Assembly: GCA_050013255.1 (NCBI GenBank)
Contig: JBEKFP010000001.1
Coordinates: 128,001-192,000 of the forward strand
Length of the DNA stretch: 64,000 nucleotides
Direction of reading: 5' to 3'
DNA from: Candidatus Bathyarchaeia archaeon
GTDB lineage: Archaea; Thermoproteota; Bathyarchaeia; 40CM-2-53-6
The position numbers and the translations under genes were made by a program. Positions 20,393 to 31,173 of the stretch are shown here, one piece after another (the first letter of the stretch is position 1; every line of letters begins with the position of its first letter). The notes beneath the pieces are model-generated. The model saw only the letters and a program-made list of their open reading frames with translations. It made no database searches and had not been told where the DNA came from.

Positions 20393-21133
20393 CTAGCCTA
20401 TGTAACCCCTTTTGTCCCGCTCAGCGCGCTCTTTCTTTGCTCCCATTGACTTCTGGTGATCAGATTCCGCTGCCTTCAAATCAAGTTCTGTAAGGTCTAT
20501 AGGAATTCCGAGTTTTTTGCTCAACACTTGCAGGACGGCACGTGCTGCCCTAGCATCAACAATGTGTCCTGACGTTTCGCCTGAAATGAAGATGGCTTTC
20601 ATGTTGCGCAGTTTCGACAGGCCCACTAGCAACCCATTCATCCAAGTTACACTCCCCTCGTTGATCTGAGATACGCCGATTGCCTCAAGCTCTCTGAGCA
20701 ATTCCTTGTCGGTTGCGGTTCCGAACACTCTAGGTTCCCTAGAGACTTCACCTGTTATGTAGGCTCCAACTGTGAGAACAGTGTCTGCTCCAAGGTTTTG
20801 GCCTATCTCAAGAGCCTTGTCGGCTAGGGCATAGGCAGCTTCTGGATTAGAAGGTTGAGCGTCCCCCGTATAGAAAACAACCTCCTTTCCGCCTCCATCT
20901 TTCCAGAAGAACATTGAATGCTTCATGACGTCAACAGTTCCGTCTTCGCGAATTCTAACCCGCGGTGGCAACGAGTTTGAATAAATCTCCGCGAATTTCT
21001 CCGCTTTCAGCTGCTTCACCAGCTGTTCGATGACCAACTTCGCTACGTTTCCACTATCGGGAAGCCCGCAAACCATTATCGGCTTGCGAAGTTTCGGCGT
21101 GTTCTCAATGTAGACTCGGACTCTCGACGCCAA
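20393..21133 (-). CDS. PAC2-family proteasome assembly chaperone
   Basis: GLPDSGNVAKL; TGDAQP; GETSGHIVD.RAA; C-terminal GYIG. Confidence 0.85.
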   Translation of the reverse strand: MASRVRVYIENTPKLRKPIMVCGLPDSGNVAKLVIEQLVKQLKAEKFAEIYSNSLPPRVRIREDGTVDVMKHSMFFWKDGGGKEVVFYTGDAQPSNPEAAYALADKALEIGQNLGADTVLTVGAYITGEVSREPRVFGTATDKELLRELEAIGVSQINEGSVTWMNGLLVGLSKLRNMKAIFISGETSGHIVDARAARAVLQVLSKKLGIPIDLTELDLKAAESDHQKSMGAKKERAERDKRGYIG

Positions 21134-21207
21134 CGACTAGGCAGCTTCCTTTTGAACGGATGGCGTTAGTTGATAAGACAGGGCTATAGGTTTTTGAACG
21201 AACAGGG

Positions 21208-22245
21208 ATGTCTGGGATGAAGGCAGCGGTAATTTCTGGCAGGGGGATCGTCGAACTCAAAGAATTACCCACACCCAAGATTGGCCCTGGCGAAGTTCTC
21301 GTTCACATGCGGGCCTGTGGCGTATGCGGAACAGACCTAGAGAAGATTCATGGTGAAAACATTACACCACCTATCCTCGGACATGAGGTAGCTGGAGAGG
21401 TTGAACAAACAGGGGAACACGTGCAGGAATTCAAGAAAGGAGACAGAGTACTAGTTCACCATCACGTGTCGTGTAGAAGTTGTTTCTACTGTAAGAATGG
21501 GCTCGAGACACTCTGCGAGGCTTACCCTAAGAGTAACCTCGACCCATGCGGTTTCGCAGATTATTTTCGCGTACCCTCAACACTAGTCGCAGGGGGCACG
21601 GTATACAGGCTGCCCGAATCGATGAGCTACGAAGAAGGTTCGCAAGTGGAACCAACCGCTTGCTGCATCAGGGCGCTAAGCAAGATGGGAGTCAAAGCCG
21701 GAAACAGCGTAGCCATTTTCGGTGTCGGTCCCGTCGGCCTAATGCATATGCAGTTAACAAAATTGTATGGGGCAGCCCCGATTATCGCAATCGATGTCCT
21801 TGAGAACCGCAGAGAGCTCGCGGCTAGGCTTGGGGCGGACAGAACGCTCAATCCCACAACTGACGATGTTCCAAAGACAGTTTCTTCGATGACTCAAAGT
21901 CTTGGTGTCGACTACGCCATCGTTGCAACTGGGAGCTTGAAGGCTACCGAACAAGCTTTCAGCTCCATTCGCAAAGGCGGAAAAGTTGTTTTATTTGGAG
22001 CCCCAGCAAAAGGTGCACAACTTTCCATGGACATCAGCCGCCTGTTTCTACATGAAATAAAAGTCGAATCAAGTTACTCAACCTCCGAGACCGAGATGAG
22101 AATGGCGATTGACTTGATCGAGAAAAAACGGATCAATCCGTCGAAACTTATCACGCATCGGTTGCCACTAGCGAAAGCATTAGAGGCTTTCAGCCTAGCT
22201 CAGAGAGGCGTGGACGTTGTCAAGGTTGTTGTCGAGAACGAGTGA
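21208..22245 (+). CDS. Zn-dependent alcohol/polyol dehydrogenase
   Basis: CGVCGTD; GHE; CRSCFYC..C; GVGPVG. Confidence 0.92.
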   Translation: MSGMKAAVISGRGIVELKELPTPKIGPGEVLVHMRACGVCGTDLEKIHGENITPPILGHEVAGEVEQTGEHVQEFKKGDRVLVHHHVSCRSCFYCKNGLETLCEAYPKSNLDPCGFADYFRVPSTLVAGGTVYRLPESMSYEEGSQVEPTACCIRALSKMGVKAGNSVAIFGVGPVGLMHMQLTKLYGAAPIIAIDVLENRRELAARLGADRTLNPTTDDVPKTVSSMTQSLGVDYAIVATGSLKATEQAFSSIRKGGKVVLFGAPAKGAQLSMDISRLFLHEIKVESSYSTSETEMRMAIDLIEKKRINPSKLITHRLPLAKALEAFSLAQRGVDVVKVVVENE

Positions 22246-22304
22246 GCATGTGACAAGCCGGCTTAGAAGCCAATTTAATAGCCCTACCTAAGCTCTGTTT
22301 CCTC

Positions 22305-23360
22305 ATGCCAAACTCGATGCTCGCAGTCCGCTTCTACAAACCTGGGGAATTGAAAGCAGAGCAAGTTCCCATCCCAAAAGCTGGCCTCGGGGAACTGGTT
22401 GTCAAGAGCCAAGTTGCCTTGACATGTGGAACGGACGTGAAGATGTTCAAACGCGGCCACCCGTTGGCCAAGCCACCTCAAATCATGGGGCATGAGTTCG
22501 CGGGGACCATATCGGAGGTTGGATCGGGTGTGGGGAATTTTAGGGTGGGCATGAGGGTTGTTGCGGCTAATTCTGCGCCTTGCAACAAATGTTTCTACTG
22601 CTTAATGCATCAACCGAACCTCTGTGAGCATTTGGATGAGAGCATTGTAGGATTTACTTGGCCAGGCTCGTATGCGGAATACGTTAGGATTCCCGAAAGA
22701 ATCGTGCGGCAGAATACTTTCCAAGTTCCTGATGGTGTGCCGTTGGAAAGTGTCGCAAGCTTGGAGCCGCTGGCGTGCGTCGTTCATGGTTGGGACTTGG
22801 TTGGGCAAGTCCCGGGCGGTACAGCGGTCATCATTGGCGGTGGACCCATCGGGTTACTTCATGCGCAACTCGCACGTCTTAACGGTGCGAAGCAGGTAGC
22901 AATGTGCGACGTGGTTCCGGAAAGACTACGGGAAGCCGAGAAAATCGGAGTCGACAATGCGATAAATTCTGCGAACGAGAACCTTGTTGAGCGGGTGTTG
23001 AGGCTCACGGATGGTAGGGGCGCTGATATTGTGGTTGAGGCTGTTGGGCGTGGTGAAACTTGGGAATCAACTATTGGCCTAGTCAGAAAAGGCGGAAAGA
23101 TTCTTCTTTTTGGCGGCTGCGCTTCGGGAACGATGGTCTCCTTCAACGCTGAGAAAATCCACTACGGTGAGATACATATTCAGGGAGCATTCCACCATAC
23201 GCCAGCTGCCGTCGAACGCGGCTTTCGCCTTATAGTCTCTGGGCAGGTTTCGATTGAACCGTTAATTTCTCATGAAATGCCTCTGGAGAAGGCGGAGGAG
23301 GCTTTGCGTTTGATGGGGGAGGGGAAAGCGTTGAAGGTTGCGCTTCGCCCACCTGGCTGA
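22305..23360 (+). CDS. Zn-dependent alcohol/polyol dehydrogenase (paralog)
   Basis: TCGTD; GHEFAG; CNKCFYC; GGGPIG. Confidence 0.92.
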   Translation: MPNSMLAVRFYKPGELKAEQVPIPKAGLGELVVKSQVALTCGTDVKMFKRGHPLAKPPQIMGHEFAGTISEVGSGVGNFRVGMRVVAANSAPCNKCFYCLMHQPNLCEHLDESIVGFTWPGSYAEYVRIPERIVRQNTFQVPDGVPLESVASLEPLACVVHGWDLVGQVPGGTAVIIGGGPIGLLHAQLARLNGAKQVAMCDVVPERLREAEKIGVDNAINSANENLVERVLRLTDGRGADIVVEAVGRGETWESTIGLVRKGGKILLFGGCASGTMVSFNAEKIHYGEIHIQGAFHHTPAAVERGFRLIVSGQVSIEPLISHEMPLEKAEEALRLMGEGKALKVALRPPG

Positions 23361-23371
23361 AAGAGCGTTTC

Positions 23372-24568
23372 TTAGAGCAGAGACTCGGGGTCTTCTAGGT
23401 TGCGTTTCAAATCCTGCAGGAATCTCGCTGCTGGCACGCCATCCACGATGCGGTGGTCGAAGACCAAGGTCAGCATGGTGGAAGGCCTTGCTGACACTCG
23501 GCCGCCCAGAGCAAATGGTTTGTAAACGATTCGCCCTAGCCCGAGAATCGCACATTGTGGTGGGTTGATGACGGGTGCGAAGGACTCAATGTCATGAGCG
23601 CCGAGATTCGTTATTGTGAAAGTCCCTCCAGTCAAGTCTTCTATTGTTAACCGTTTTTCCTTAGCCTTCTGCGATAACTCATCGATCACTAAGTTGATTT
23701 CTTTAAGGGGCTTCTCGTTCGCTTTCGAAACAATTGGAGCAACGAGCCCTTCTTCAGTGTGGATGGCAACAGCGACGTTCACTTGAGTGTAAGTTGTGAT
23801 CTCGTCTCCCTCTATCGTTGAGTTGATTGCGGTGTGTTTCTCGAGTGCTTTTGCGGCTGCTTTCACCGCGAAAGCTGTGAAGGAGATGTGGCTTTCCTTC
23901 TCCTTCATGGCGACAAGTTTTGTTGCGTCAGCCTCCATTGTAATAGTAACGGGAACGCACGTTCTTGCGCTGAAAGACAGCCTTTCAGCAACTGCTTTTC
24001 TGATTCCCTCAAGCTTCACCCTTCTCAGAACCGGCGGCTGAACCATCTTAGAGACCGCGGCCGCAACCTTTGGAGCCTGCTCGACTGCGGCGATAACATC
24101 TTCCCGTGATATGCGGCCGCCGGGCCCTGTGCCGCTCAGAGTTGCGAGGTCAACGTGATGCTCCAGTGCTAGCCTTCGGGCTGCTGGGGAAGCTACTATT
24201 CGGTAAGCAGTCGCGGGAACTTTTGCAGTGGAAGGTCCTGGGGGAACGTAGCTCTGTGGGGAAGGCATGCTACCTTGATTGGCGCCTTCCTGTCGAACCG
24301 TTCTTGATGACGCTTCTGACTGCGACGTTCCGCCGGATTCGCCGATAATCGCAACTGGTTCGGCAACCTGCACGTCGTTTCCGACCTGTGCCAGAATCTT
24401 GCTTAGCACTCCGCTATCGGGTGCTTCTATCTCGAAGGTTGTCTTCTCCCCTTCGACAACTAGTATCGCCTCGCCTTTGCGTACTTGATCGCCCTCTTTC
24501 TTCAGCCATTCAACGATTTTTCCGCTCTGCATCCCGGGATCGAGACGGGGCATCACAACATCAGTCAT
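23372..24568 (-). CDS. 2-oxoacid/acetoin dehydrogenase E2 (dihydrolipoamide acyltransferase)
   Basis: Lipoyl domain EGEKT; E3-binding ASPAARRLA...GTGPGGRI; DHRIVDG. Confidence 0.93.
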   Translation of the reverse strand: MTDVVMPRLDPGMQSGKIVEWLKKEGDQVRKGEAILVVEGEKTTFEIEAPDSGVLSKILAQVGNDVQVAEPVAIIGESGGTSQSEASSRTVRQEGANQGSMPSPQSYVPPGPSTAKVPATAYRIVASPAARRLALEHHVDLATLSGTGPGGRISREDVIAAVEQAPKVAAAVSKMVQPPVLRRVKLEGIRKAVAERLSFSARTCVPVTITMEADATKLVAMKEKESHISFTAFAVKAAAKALEKHTAINSTIEGDEITTYTQVNVAVAIHTEEGLVAPIVSKANEKPLKEINLVIDELSQKAKEKRLTIEDLTGGTFTITNLGAHDIESFAPVINPPQCAILGLGRIVYKPFALGGRVSARPSTMLTLVFDHRIVDGVPAARFLQDLKRNLEDPESLL

Positions 24569-24574
24569 GGCAGA

Positions 24575-25552
24575 TCACCGACCAAGCACCGTATCAACCG
24601 CTTTAACCACGCTTTCGGCGCTCGGCATGTACAGTTGCTCAAGTTGCCGTGAGAACGGTATGGGTGTATCTGGGCAAGCGACTCGCATTATTGGGGCATC
24701 TAGATAGTCGAAGGCGGCCTCGGTGACAGAGGCGGAGATTTCAGCACCCACGCCGCCCCTCTTGACATCGTCAGACGCGATAACAAGCCTTGAAGTTCGC
24801 TTTACCGACTCAACGATCGCATCGAGGTCGAGAGGTTGAAGCGTTCTCACGTCTATAACTTCAGCTGAGATATCTCTGTCTTGCAGTTTCCTAGCTGCGC
24901 TTAGAGATTCACCAACCATCCTTGAGACAGCAACGATCGTTATGTCATCGCCCTTCTTCTTCACGGCTGCTTTTCCGAGTGGGGTGGTGTACTCCTCTTC
25001 GGGAACTGGGCCTTTCGTCCGGTAGAGTAGCCCACCCTCCACGAAGAGGACTGGGTTGGGATCACGGATTGCTGACTTCAGAAGGCCTTTGGCATCGTTC
25101 GGGTCTGAAGGAAGAACTACTTTCAACCCTGGGACCTGCAAGAACCATGCAGGTGTAAATTGGGAGTGCTGCGAGCCATGTTGTCGCCCCAAGCTGTACT
25201 GCGTTCTCAGCACCATTGGAACGTTGAGTTGCCCTCCACTCATGAATCGCATTTTGGCTGCTTGCGTGGATAATTGATCCATGCAGATTGGAAGAAAGTC
25301 CATATACATGATTTCGGCGACCGGCTTAAGGCCCGCCAATGCAAGTCCGACTGCTGCACCAGCGATGGCTGCTTCAGAGATCGGGGTGTCTCTTACACGT
25401 TCAGGGCCAAATTCGTCAAGCAAACCGCGCGTGACCTTATAGACGCCGTTGAAAACGCCAATCTCTTCTCCCAACAGTATTACGTTCGGATCGCGTATCA
25501 TTTCTTCGCGCAATGCTTCTCGAAGAGCGTCGGCGTAGGTTAGCTCTCGCAA
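24575..25552 (-). CDS. 2-oxoacid/acetoin dehydrogenase E1 beta
   Basis: RVRDTPISE; QHSQ; DYLDAPI. Confidence 0.93.
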   Translation of the reverse strand: MRELTYADALREALREEMIRDPNVILLGEEIGVFNGVYKVTRGLLDEFGPERVRDTPISEAAIAGAAVGLALAGLKPVAEIMYMDFLPICMDQLSTQAAKMRFMSGGQLNVPMVLRTQYSLGRQHGSQHSQFTPAWFLQVPGLKVVLPSDPNDAKGLLKSAIRDPNPVLFVEGGLLYRTKGPVPEEEYTTPLGKAAVKKKGDDITIVAVSRMVGESLSAARKLQDRDISAEVIDVRTLQPLDLDAIVESVKRTSRLVIASDDVKRGGVGAEISASVTEAAFDYLDAPIMRVACPDTPIPFSRQLEQLYMPSAESVVKAVDTVLGR

Positions 25553-25558
25553 CTCAAA

Positions 25559-26581
25559 TCACTTCTCCGCGTATACGTATTGGTTGATTTCCTCGAACGG
25601 CAGAACGGGACTTTGGATTGCAAAGACAACGGCCTCCTCAATTTCCTGCTTCACCGCCTTCTCCATTTTCCCAATTTCATTATCCGCTACTAGGCCCTGT
25701 TGGAGCATTCGATTCTTGAATGTGAGAATTGGGTCTCGGTCTAACCATTTGGCGACTTCTTCCTTTGGGCGGTAATCGCCTTTGTCGTATACGCCGTGGC
25801 CCTTCATTTTGTAGGTGACACATTCGATGAAAGTGGGTTCAGAGAGTTTCCTCGCCCTTTCAGCAGCCTCTTTCGCGGCTACATACACTGACACCACATC
25901 GTTTCCATTTACGACCGTGGTCTCCAATCCATACGCATGGGCTCTCTCCGCTATGCTCGGGCTAGAAACCGCTTTCTCCACCGGCGTTGACATCGCGTAC
26001 TTGTTGTTCTCACAGAAGAGGAGGACCGGTAAACGCCAAAGCGCGATTAGATTTACACCTTCATGAAACGAGCCTGTGTTACAAGCGCCATCCCCGAAGA
26101 ACGTAGCTGCTATTTTCCCGCTCTTCTGCAGCTTCAGGCCGAGACCGACGCCCGCGGCTATTGGTATTCCGCTCCCGACAATCGCCGTGGCATACAAAGA
26201 ACCGGTCTTGGGGTAGATCGCTACATGCATCGAGCCCCCTAGACCTTTGCAGTTGCCTGTAGATTTTCCGAACAACTCGGCCATACAGAGCTTTGCAGGA
26301 ACATCCTTCGCGAGGGCATGTCCATGCCCACGGTACGTTGTTATCGTCAAGTCGTCTGGCTGCAGAGCCGACATGGCGCCTACCGCGATTGCTTCTTGGC
26401 CAAGATAGAGGTGTGATGGGCCGATCAAGAGGCCTTTTACCATGAAGAGTTCCTCAACTTTCTCCTCGAACTTCCTCAGTAGAAGCATCTTGCGGAGCAT
26501 CTCATGAAGCATTTCCTTCGTCAAGCCATGCTTCGAATAGTCATTCTGCGATATTTCTTTCACCTGAGTTATTGTCGCCAA
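25559..26581 (-). CDS. 2-oxoacid/acetoin dehydrogenase E1 alpha
   Basis: GQEA; YRGHGH; GGSMH; GDGA...ENNKYA (TPP motif); start uncertain. Confidence 0.93.
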   Translation of the reverse strand: MATITQVKEISQNDYSKHGLTKEMLHEMLRKMLLLRKFEEKVEELFMVKGLLIGPSHLYLGQEAIAVGAMSALQPDDLTITTYRGHGHALAKDVPAKLCMAELFGKSTGNCKGLGGSMHVAIYPKTGSLYATAIVGSGIPIAAGVGLGLKLQKSGKIAATFFGDGACNTGSFHEGVNLIALWRLPVLLFCENNKYAMSTPVEKAVSSPSIAERAHAYGLETTVVNGNDVVSVYVAAKEAAERARKLSEPTFIECVTYKMKGHGVYDKGDYRPKEEVAKWLDRDPILTFKNRMLQQGLVADNEIGKMEKAVKQEIEEAVVFAIQSPVLPFEEINQYVYAEK

Positions 26582-26774
26582 GCTGCACTCAACTGCGCTT
26601 GCTATTCGCAAGCCAGTTCTTTATGCCTTCTGCGTAACTCCGTCATTCGCAAGAGAACCGGACCTTTGCGAGTCTCAAACCATCTGACTTTGCATCTCCG
26701 GAAAATCAGGCTACTTAAATTGTCACCCGAATTCAGATTTTGGACAACGGGATGGGAGGGGGGATACGTAACCG

Positions 26775-27551
26775 ATGGACCCGCCAAAGGTCATTTATGC
26801 GATAGCTGAGAGTTGCCCGTTCGACGCGTTACTCATCAGAGATATGAAACGCGCCGTTAACTCCCTGATGCAACTCAACCTGAAGCGGTTCAGGGTCCCC
26901 GGGAAGTCTCTCGCTAAGTACTCGGCCTTGGATGTCATCAAGCAAGCACTGGAGCTTCTATTCGAATTTTCACCTTCCGAGAAAAATTACCGCGAAGCAA
27001 TGCGGACAATTCAAGTCTACTCAGAAGGGGATGAGGAGATGGTGCGCACAATGAGTGATAGCTTCCGTGTGATTGCGAACGCAGTGTACAACGCATATAA
27101 TGGACAGCGCCACGCAGAGTCACTCGCACCTGAGATACTCTTCCTAGAAGGCGTACCATTCGAACCAATAGAACTTCAACAATCTTTCAGGTTCGTTGGC
27201 GTTCGCCCCCCTGACATAAGCCCACCCAGCGTCAAGCGCACGGTCTTTCTGGATGAAGGCTTCGAACCCTACAAGCTGCTATTGGAAGGAAAAATACCGC
27301 GTGAAAAAGCCCAGAAAGGTAGGGAAAACCACTGGGTTAAGAACATCAAGGCCACGTTGAATGATTATGGAACCGCCCTAATTCGCGCAGGCGCCGAGCA
27401 CGTGATCCCACCGAAATCTGCAATAATGAAAATGCTTACCGAAATCCGACGGTCAGCCACTGGACGATTGCCGGAACTCCTCGAACGAGAAGGGATGACA
27501 GTCAATGTAATCTATCGGAACCTAGACGTCAATGAGGCCTATGGAAAGTAG
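26775..27551 (+). CDS. Hypothetical protein
   Basis: 258-aa ORF filling the intergenic space; no motif recognised. Confidence 0.6.
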   Translation: MDPPKVIYAIAESCPFDALLIRDMKRAVNSLMQLNLKRFRVPGKSLAKYSALDVIKQALELLFEFSPSEKNYREAMRTIQVYSEGDEEMVRTMSDSFRVIANAVYNAYNGQRHAESLAPEILFLEGVPFEPIELQQSFRFVGVRPPDISPPSVKRTVFLDEGFEPYKLLLEGKIPREKAQKGRENHWVKNIKATLNDYGTALIRAGAEHVIPPKSAIMKMLTEIRRSATGRLPELLEREGMTVNVIYRNLDVNEAYGK

Positions 27552-27573
27552 CCACGACGGCTCAAAGTTCGCT

Positions 27574-28272
27574 CTATCTTCGCTTCTTGGCGGTCAATAG
27601 GTATTGGTAGACGAAGCCCGCGAGTAAGGCTCCGAGAATGGGGCCAACCCAGTACACCCACAGATTCCCGAATGACCCAGACGCTATTGCGGGCCCGAGA
27701 GCTCGGGCAGGGTTCGCCGCACCACCCGTCAAAGGCCCCGCAATCAGAATGTCGGCAGTCAACGTCATGCCGATCAACAGGCCTGACGCGCCGGCAGGGA
27801 CATTATTGGTATACAATACTGCATAGACGGAGAACATTAGGAAGAAGGTGATAATCAACTCCACGACCACCGCCATAGCATCGCTTTGCCCTATGTAGGC
27901 AGAGGGGGCTGGTGAACCAAAGCCCGTTAGGGCACCATTCCCGGGTAGGATTAGCTTATGGGCTAAGCCAGCGAAAGTTGCGCCTAGAACTTGTGCCATA
28001 ATATATCCGATGCCGTCGTCAAAGTCCAATTTTCGAAGCGCGACAGCTGTAATCGTGACGGCTGGGTTAATGTGACAACCTGAGATGGAGCCGATCGCGT
28101 AGACCATCACCATTAGTATTAGGCCGTGGGCAAGGGCGATTCCTATGAACGAGGCGGCAGGCGATGCCAACCCCATGATTGGAAGGAAGATGGTTACTGA
28201 AACGGAGCCGAAGAATACCAGCGCGAATGTTCCGATGAATTCAGCTGTGTACGCTTGCCTTCCCATCTTCAT
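27574..28272 (-). CDS. MIP/aquaporin channel
   Basis: SGCHINPAVT and ANPARALGP (two NPA motifs). Confidence 0.95.
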   Translation of the reverse strand: MKMGRQAYTAEFIGTFALVFFGSVSVTIFLPIMGLASPAASFIGIALAHGLILMVMVYAIGSISGCHINPAVTITAVALRKLDFDDGIGYIMAQVLGATFAGLAHKLILPGNGALTGFGSPAPSAYIGQSDAMAVVVELIITFFLMFSVYAVLYTNNVPAGASGLLIGMTLTADILIAGPLTGGAANPARALGPAIASGSFGNLWVYWVGPILGALLAGFVYQYLLTAKKRR

Positions 28273-28362
28273 CCCTAACACCAGCGGGTCTGCTTAGCCT
28301 TTCACATTCCTATAAAACACTTAAGGCGCCAATGGAATTAGCAGCGCGGCGGAGTCTCTGAG

Positions 28363-28827
28363 TTAGAGCTGCTCGCCGATTCTGTACGTGTATATCGTGT
28401 GCCCGAGCAACTCATCATAGATTCCAATAGGTTTCCAACCGGGGACTTTGAAGTCATGGGACACTACGCGCACGCCAGGCTTCAATTCCGCCTCTAACTT
28501 CGGCCGAAGACGTTCGTTCGCACTTGAAGTAAGGTACAGGGTGACCACGTTTGCATCCGATATGTTCACGTCAAAGAAGTTCCCCTGAATCACTTTCACT
28601 TTGTCTTCCAGGTTCAATCTCTTGATCTCCGTTCTGGCTCGTTCCACGAGATCTTCCCTCAACTCAATGCCAGTGGATTTCGCCCCAACATCTTTCGCAG
28701 CAAGAATGATCAGTCGACCGTCACCACAACCAAGGTCGTAAAGAACTTCGCCCGGTTTGATTTGCGACAAGTCCAACATCTTCTTCGCAACCTCGAGGGG
28801 AGTCTGAACAAAAGGTGCGATGCTCAT
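28363..28827 (-). CDS. Class I SAM methyltransferase (archaeal protein-lysine MTase aKMT/FAM173-like)
   Basis: APFVQTP...YDLGCGDGR...VVTLYL...RVVSHDF. Confidence 0.85.
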   Translation of the reverse strand: MSIAPFVQTPLEVAKKMLDLSQIKPGEVLYDLGCGDGRLIILAAKDVGAKSTGIELREDLVERARTEIKRLNLEDKVKVIQGNFFDVNISDANVVTLYLTSSANERLRPKLEAELKPGVRVVSHDFKVPGWKPIGIYDELLGHTIYTYRIGEQL

Positions 28828-28865
28828 GAATTCAATCTTCCCGAACTTCGCCTTTACTGGGTGAT

Positions 28866-29195
28866 TTATGCGTATCGTCTCTCGCTTTCAGAACGTTCAA
28901 CCTTTGCTGTCTTGAAGGCCATTGGCATGCTCTTCTCTTTCTTCCCAGTCCACTTTACATCTTCTTCCAAAAAGCGAAGGCAAACGTCCTTGAACTGTTT
29001 GAAAATGTCTTTCAATTCCTCCTCGGTGAACGTGTCAATGAAAGATGGGTTTCTCAACCAGCTGTCCCACCCGCGAACGCTCTCAAAAAGCACTGAATTC
29101 ATCCGAATTAGACAAGCGTAGAGTCCCAACCGGTCGGCAGGGTCAAGCTTCTTAATGTCGTCGAGAGCCTTTGTTCGTTCTTCAGTCCATGACAA
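28866..29195 (-). CDS. DUF2153-like archaeal protein
   Basis: DRL...SVRGWDSWLRNP...F.EEELKDIF pattern. Confidence 0.7.
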   Translation of the reverse strand: MSWTEERTKALDDIKKLDPADRLGLYACLIRMNSVLFESVRGWDSWLRNPSFIDTFTEEELKDIFKQFKDVCLRFLEEDVKWTGKKEKSMPMAFKTAKVERSESERRYA

Positions 29196-29418
29196 ACTCT
29201 TCGAGGCACCTTCTAATCCACGTCCACTCGCCCAACCGTAATTTAGCCTTATTCCCGATGTGAAATGGGCTCAGCACGAATTATCGCTCCCATGCATGAC
29301 TAATGTTCGCATTTCCCGTAGCCTGAACCGCTCGAGCGCGTCATGTTCTTGCGAAACCTAATTCAGGAGCGAAGCCATTCATCACGCCTAGAAAAGGGCT
29401 CGAAATGGTGATCTTCGT

Positions 29419-30204
29419 TTGACTCGTATTGAGCCTAAAGTCATTAAACTCGCTGAAACGCGGCTCGACCCAAAGGGTATCGAACAATTAGCGCGGCACT
29501 ACGCCGCCACGGAGTGGTTGGACAGAGCCAAGAAACTTCAACCAAACGAATCCGAGTTTCTCATTGAACTCTCGGGCCGTGTTTGCTACAAGAGTTTTGG
29601 TGTCGGTCTGAACCCTAATGTGACTAAGATTCGCGATAATCCCAAAGATTACATTGCAAACGTTTTGGAAAAGGGTGATGGAAGCATCCTCGAACATGCG
29701 ACAGTAACTTTTGCCTTTCTTAATGTGAGTAGGATTTTCACCCATGAGTTGGTTAGGCATCGCGTCGGGACAGCAATGAGTCAGGAGAGCTTGCGGTACG
29801 TGCGCCCCAAAGAAGTCAATGTCTGGGTTCCGCCGGATGTTGAACCGGTGGCTAAGAGGTTTGTCGAAACAGTTGAGGATATTCAGAAGCATTACCGCGA
29901 GTTGGAATCGGGGTTTGACTGGGACAAGATGACCTTCGAACAGAAGAAGCGAGTAACGTCGGCCCTGCGCCGTATCCTGCCAGACGGCATTGCGACCAAC
30001 ATTATTTGGACTGCGAACCATAGAACGTTAAGGTGGGTAATAGAAATGCGAACAGACCCTAGCGCTGAGGTTGAAATTCGTAAGGTTTTCGGCCAAGTAG
30101 CTGAGATTTGCATGCGGGATTACCCGCTCCTCTACTCGGACTTTTCAAAGACGAAACTTCCTGACAACAGCTTCCAGTATCTGCCGAAGTTTTCAAAGGT
30201 GTAG
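29419..30204 (+). CDS. thyX: FAD-dependent thymidylate synthase
   Basis: SILEH; SRIFTHELVRHR...SQESLRY; A..EIR. Confidence 0.95.
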   Translation: MTRIEPKVIKLAETRLDPKGIEQLARHYAATEWLDRAKKLQPNESEFLIELSGRVCYKSFGVGLNPNVTKIRDNPKDYIANVLEKGDGSILEHATVTFAFLNVSRIFTHELVRHRVGTAMSQESLRYVRPKEVNVWVPPDVEPVAKRFVETVEDIQKHYRELESGFDWDKMTFEQKKRVTSALRRILPDGIATNIIWTANHRTLRWVIEMRTDPSAEVEIRKVFGQVAEICMRDYPLLYSDFSKTKLPDNSFQYLPKFSKV

Positions 30205-30234
30205 AGACCTACACTGCCAACCAGGTCAGAAGAT

Positions 30235-31017
30235 ATGCCTGAACCCTTTTGGAAAACCTCAATATCAAGAGTGGAACCAAACAAGATTTTGGTCCGCGGC
30301 TACAACCTCATGGACCTTGTTGGAAAATACAGCTACTCTGACTTGACATATCTTCTCTGGCAAGGGGAACTTCCATCACCTAACCACTCCCGCATCATGG
30401 ACGCTTTGCTCACAGTCTGCCTCGAACATAGCCTGAACTCGCCTTCAGTCGACGCGACACGCTTCGTGGCATCATGCGGCGTCCCGTTACAATCTGCTGT
30501 ATCTGCTGGGGTCGCCGCGATTGGAGATTGGCACGGCGGCGCTATAGAGCAGGCAGCGAAAATACTCCAGGAAGGGATCGCCGACATGAAGGACACGAGG
30601 CTCTCACCGAAAGAATGCGCTGAGAAGATTCTACGAGATGTTACAAGCCGCAAAGAGCGGATTCCTGGGTTTGGGCATCCCACCCACACTAAAGACCCTA
30701 GAACCATTAGGCTTCTGGAGATTGCGAAAGAAGCTCAGCTACTTGGGTCACACGTTGAACTTGCTCAGGCCATCGAGTCGTTGACTGAGAAGTTCTTCGG
30801 CAAACGCCTCATATTGAATGTAGATGGTTGCATCGCTGCCATAATATCGGATATGGGGTTTGATTGGAGGTTGGGAAAGGCTTTCTTCATTGTAAGCCGA
30901 ACACCAGGTCTGATTGCCCACGCTTATGAGCAGATGTACAGTGAGAAACCGTACAAGTCTGCCCAATGGGATGAGATCGTATACACAGGCCCACCTGAGC
31001 GGCAACCGCCAAAATAA
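30235..31017 (+). CDS. Citryl-CoA lyase / citrate-synthase-fold protein
   Basis: WKTSISRVEPNKILVRGY; HGGAIE; RIPGFGHP..KDPR; LNVDG. Confidence 0.85.
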   Translation: MPEPFWKTSISRVEPNKILVRGYNLMDLVGKYSYSDLTYLLWQGELPSPNHSRIMDALLTVCLEHSLNSPSVDATRFVASCGVPLQSAVSAGVAAIGDWHGGAIEQAAKILQEGIADMKDTRLSPKECAEKILRDVTSRKERIPGFGHPTHTKDPRTIRLLEIAKEAQLLGSHVELAQAIESLTEKFFGKRLILNVDGCIAAIISDMGFDWRLGKAFFIVSRTPGLIAHAYEQMYSEKPYKSAQWDEIVYTGPPERQPPK

Positions 31018-31173
31018 TTATTGAATCGATTCAGCTGGCGCTGCCACGGCTCTTCGCCAGACAGGCAGCAGCTAGTTCGCGCATTTCTCAACCAAGCTTC
31101 AACTTCCCTTCTTGTTCGAACTGCGTGGCGGAATCGTTGGAGAAGCCAGCGGCTTTCTTCCGGCGCGGATAGG

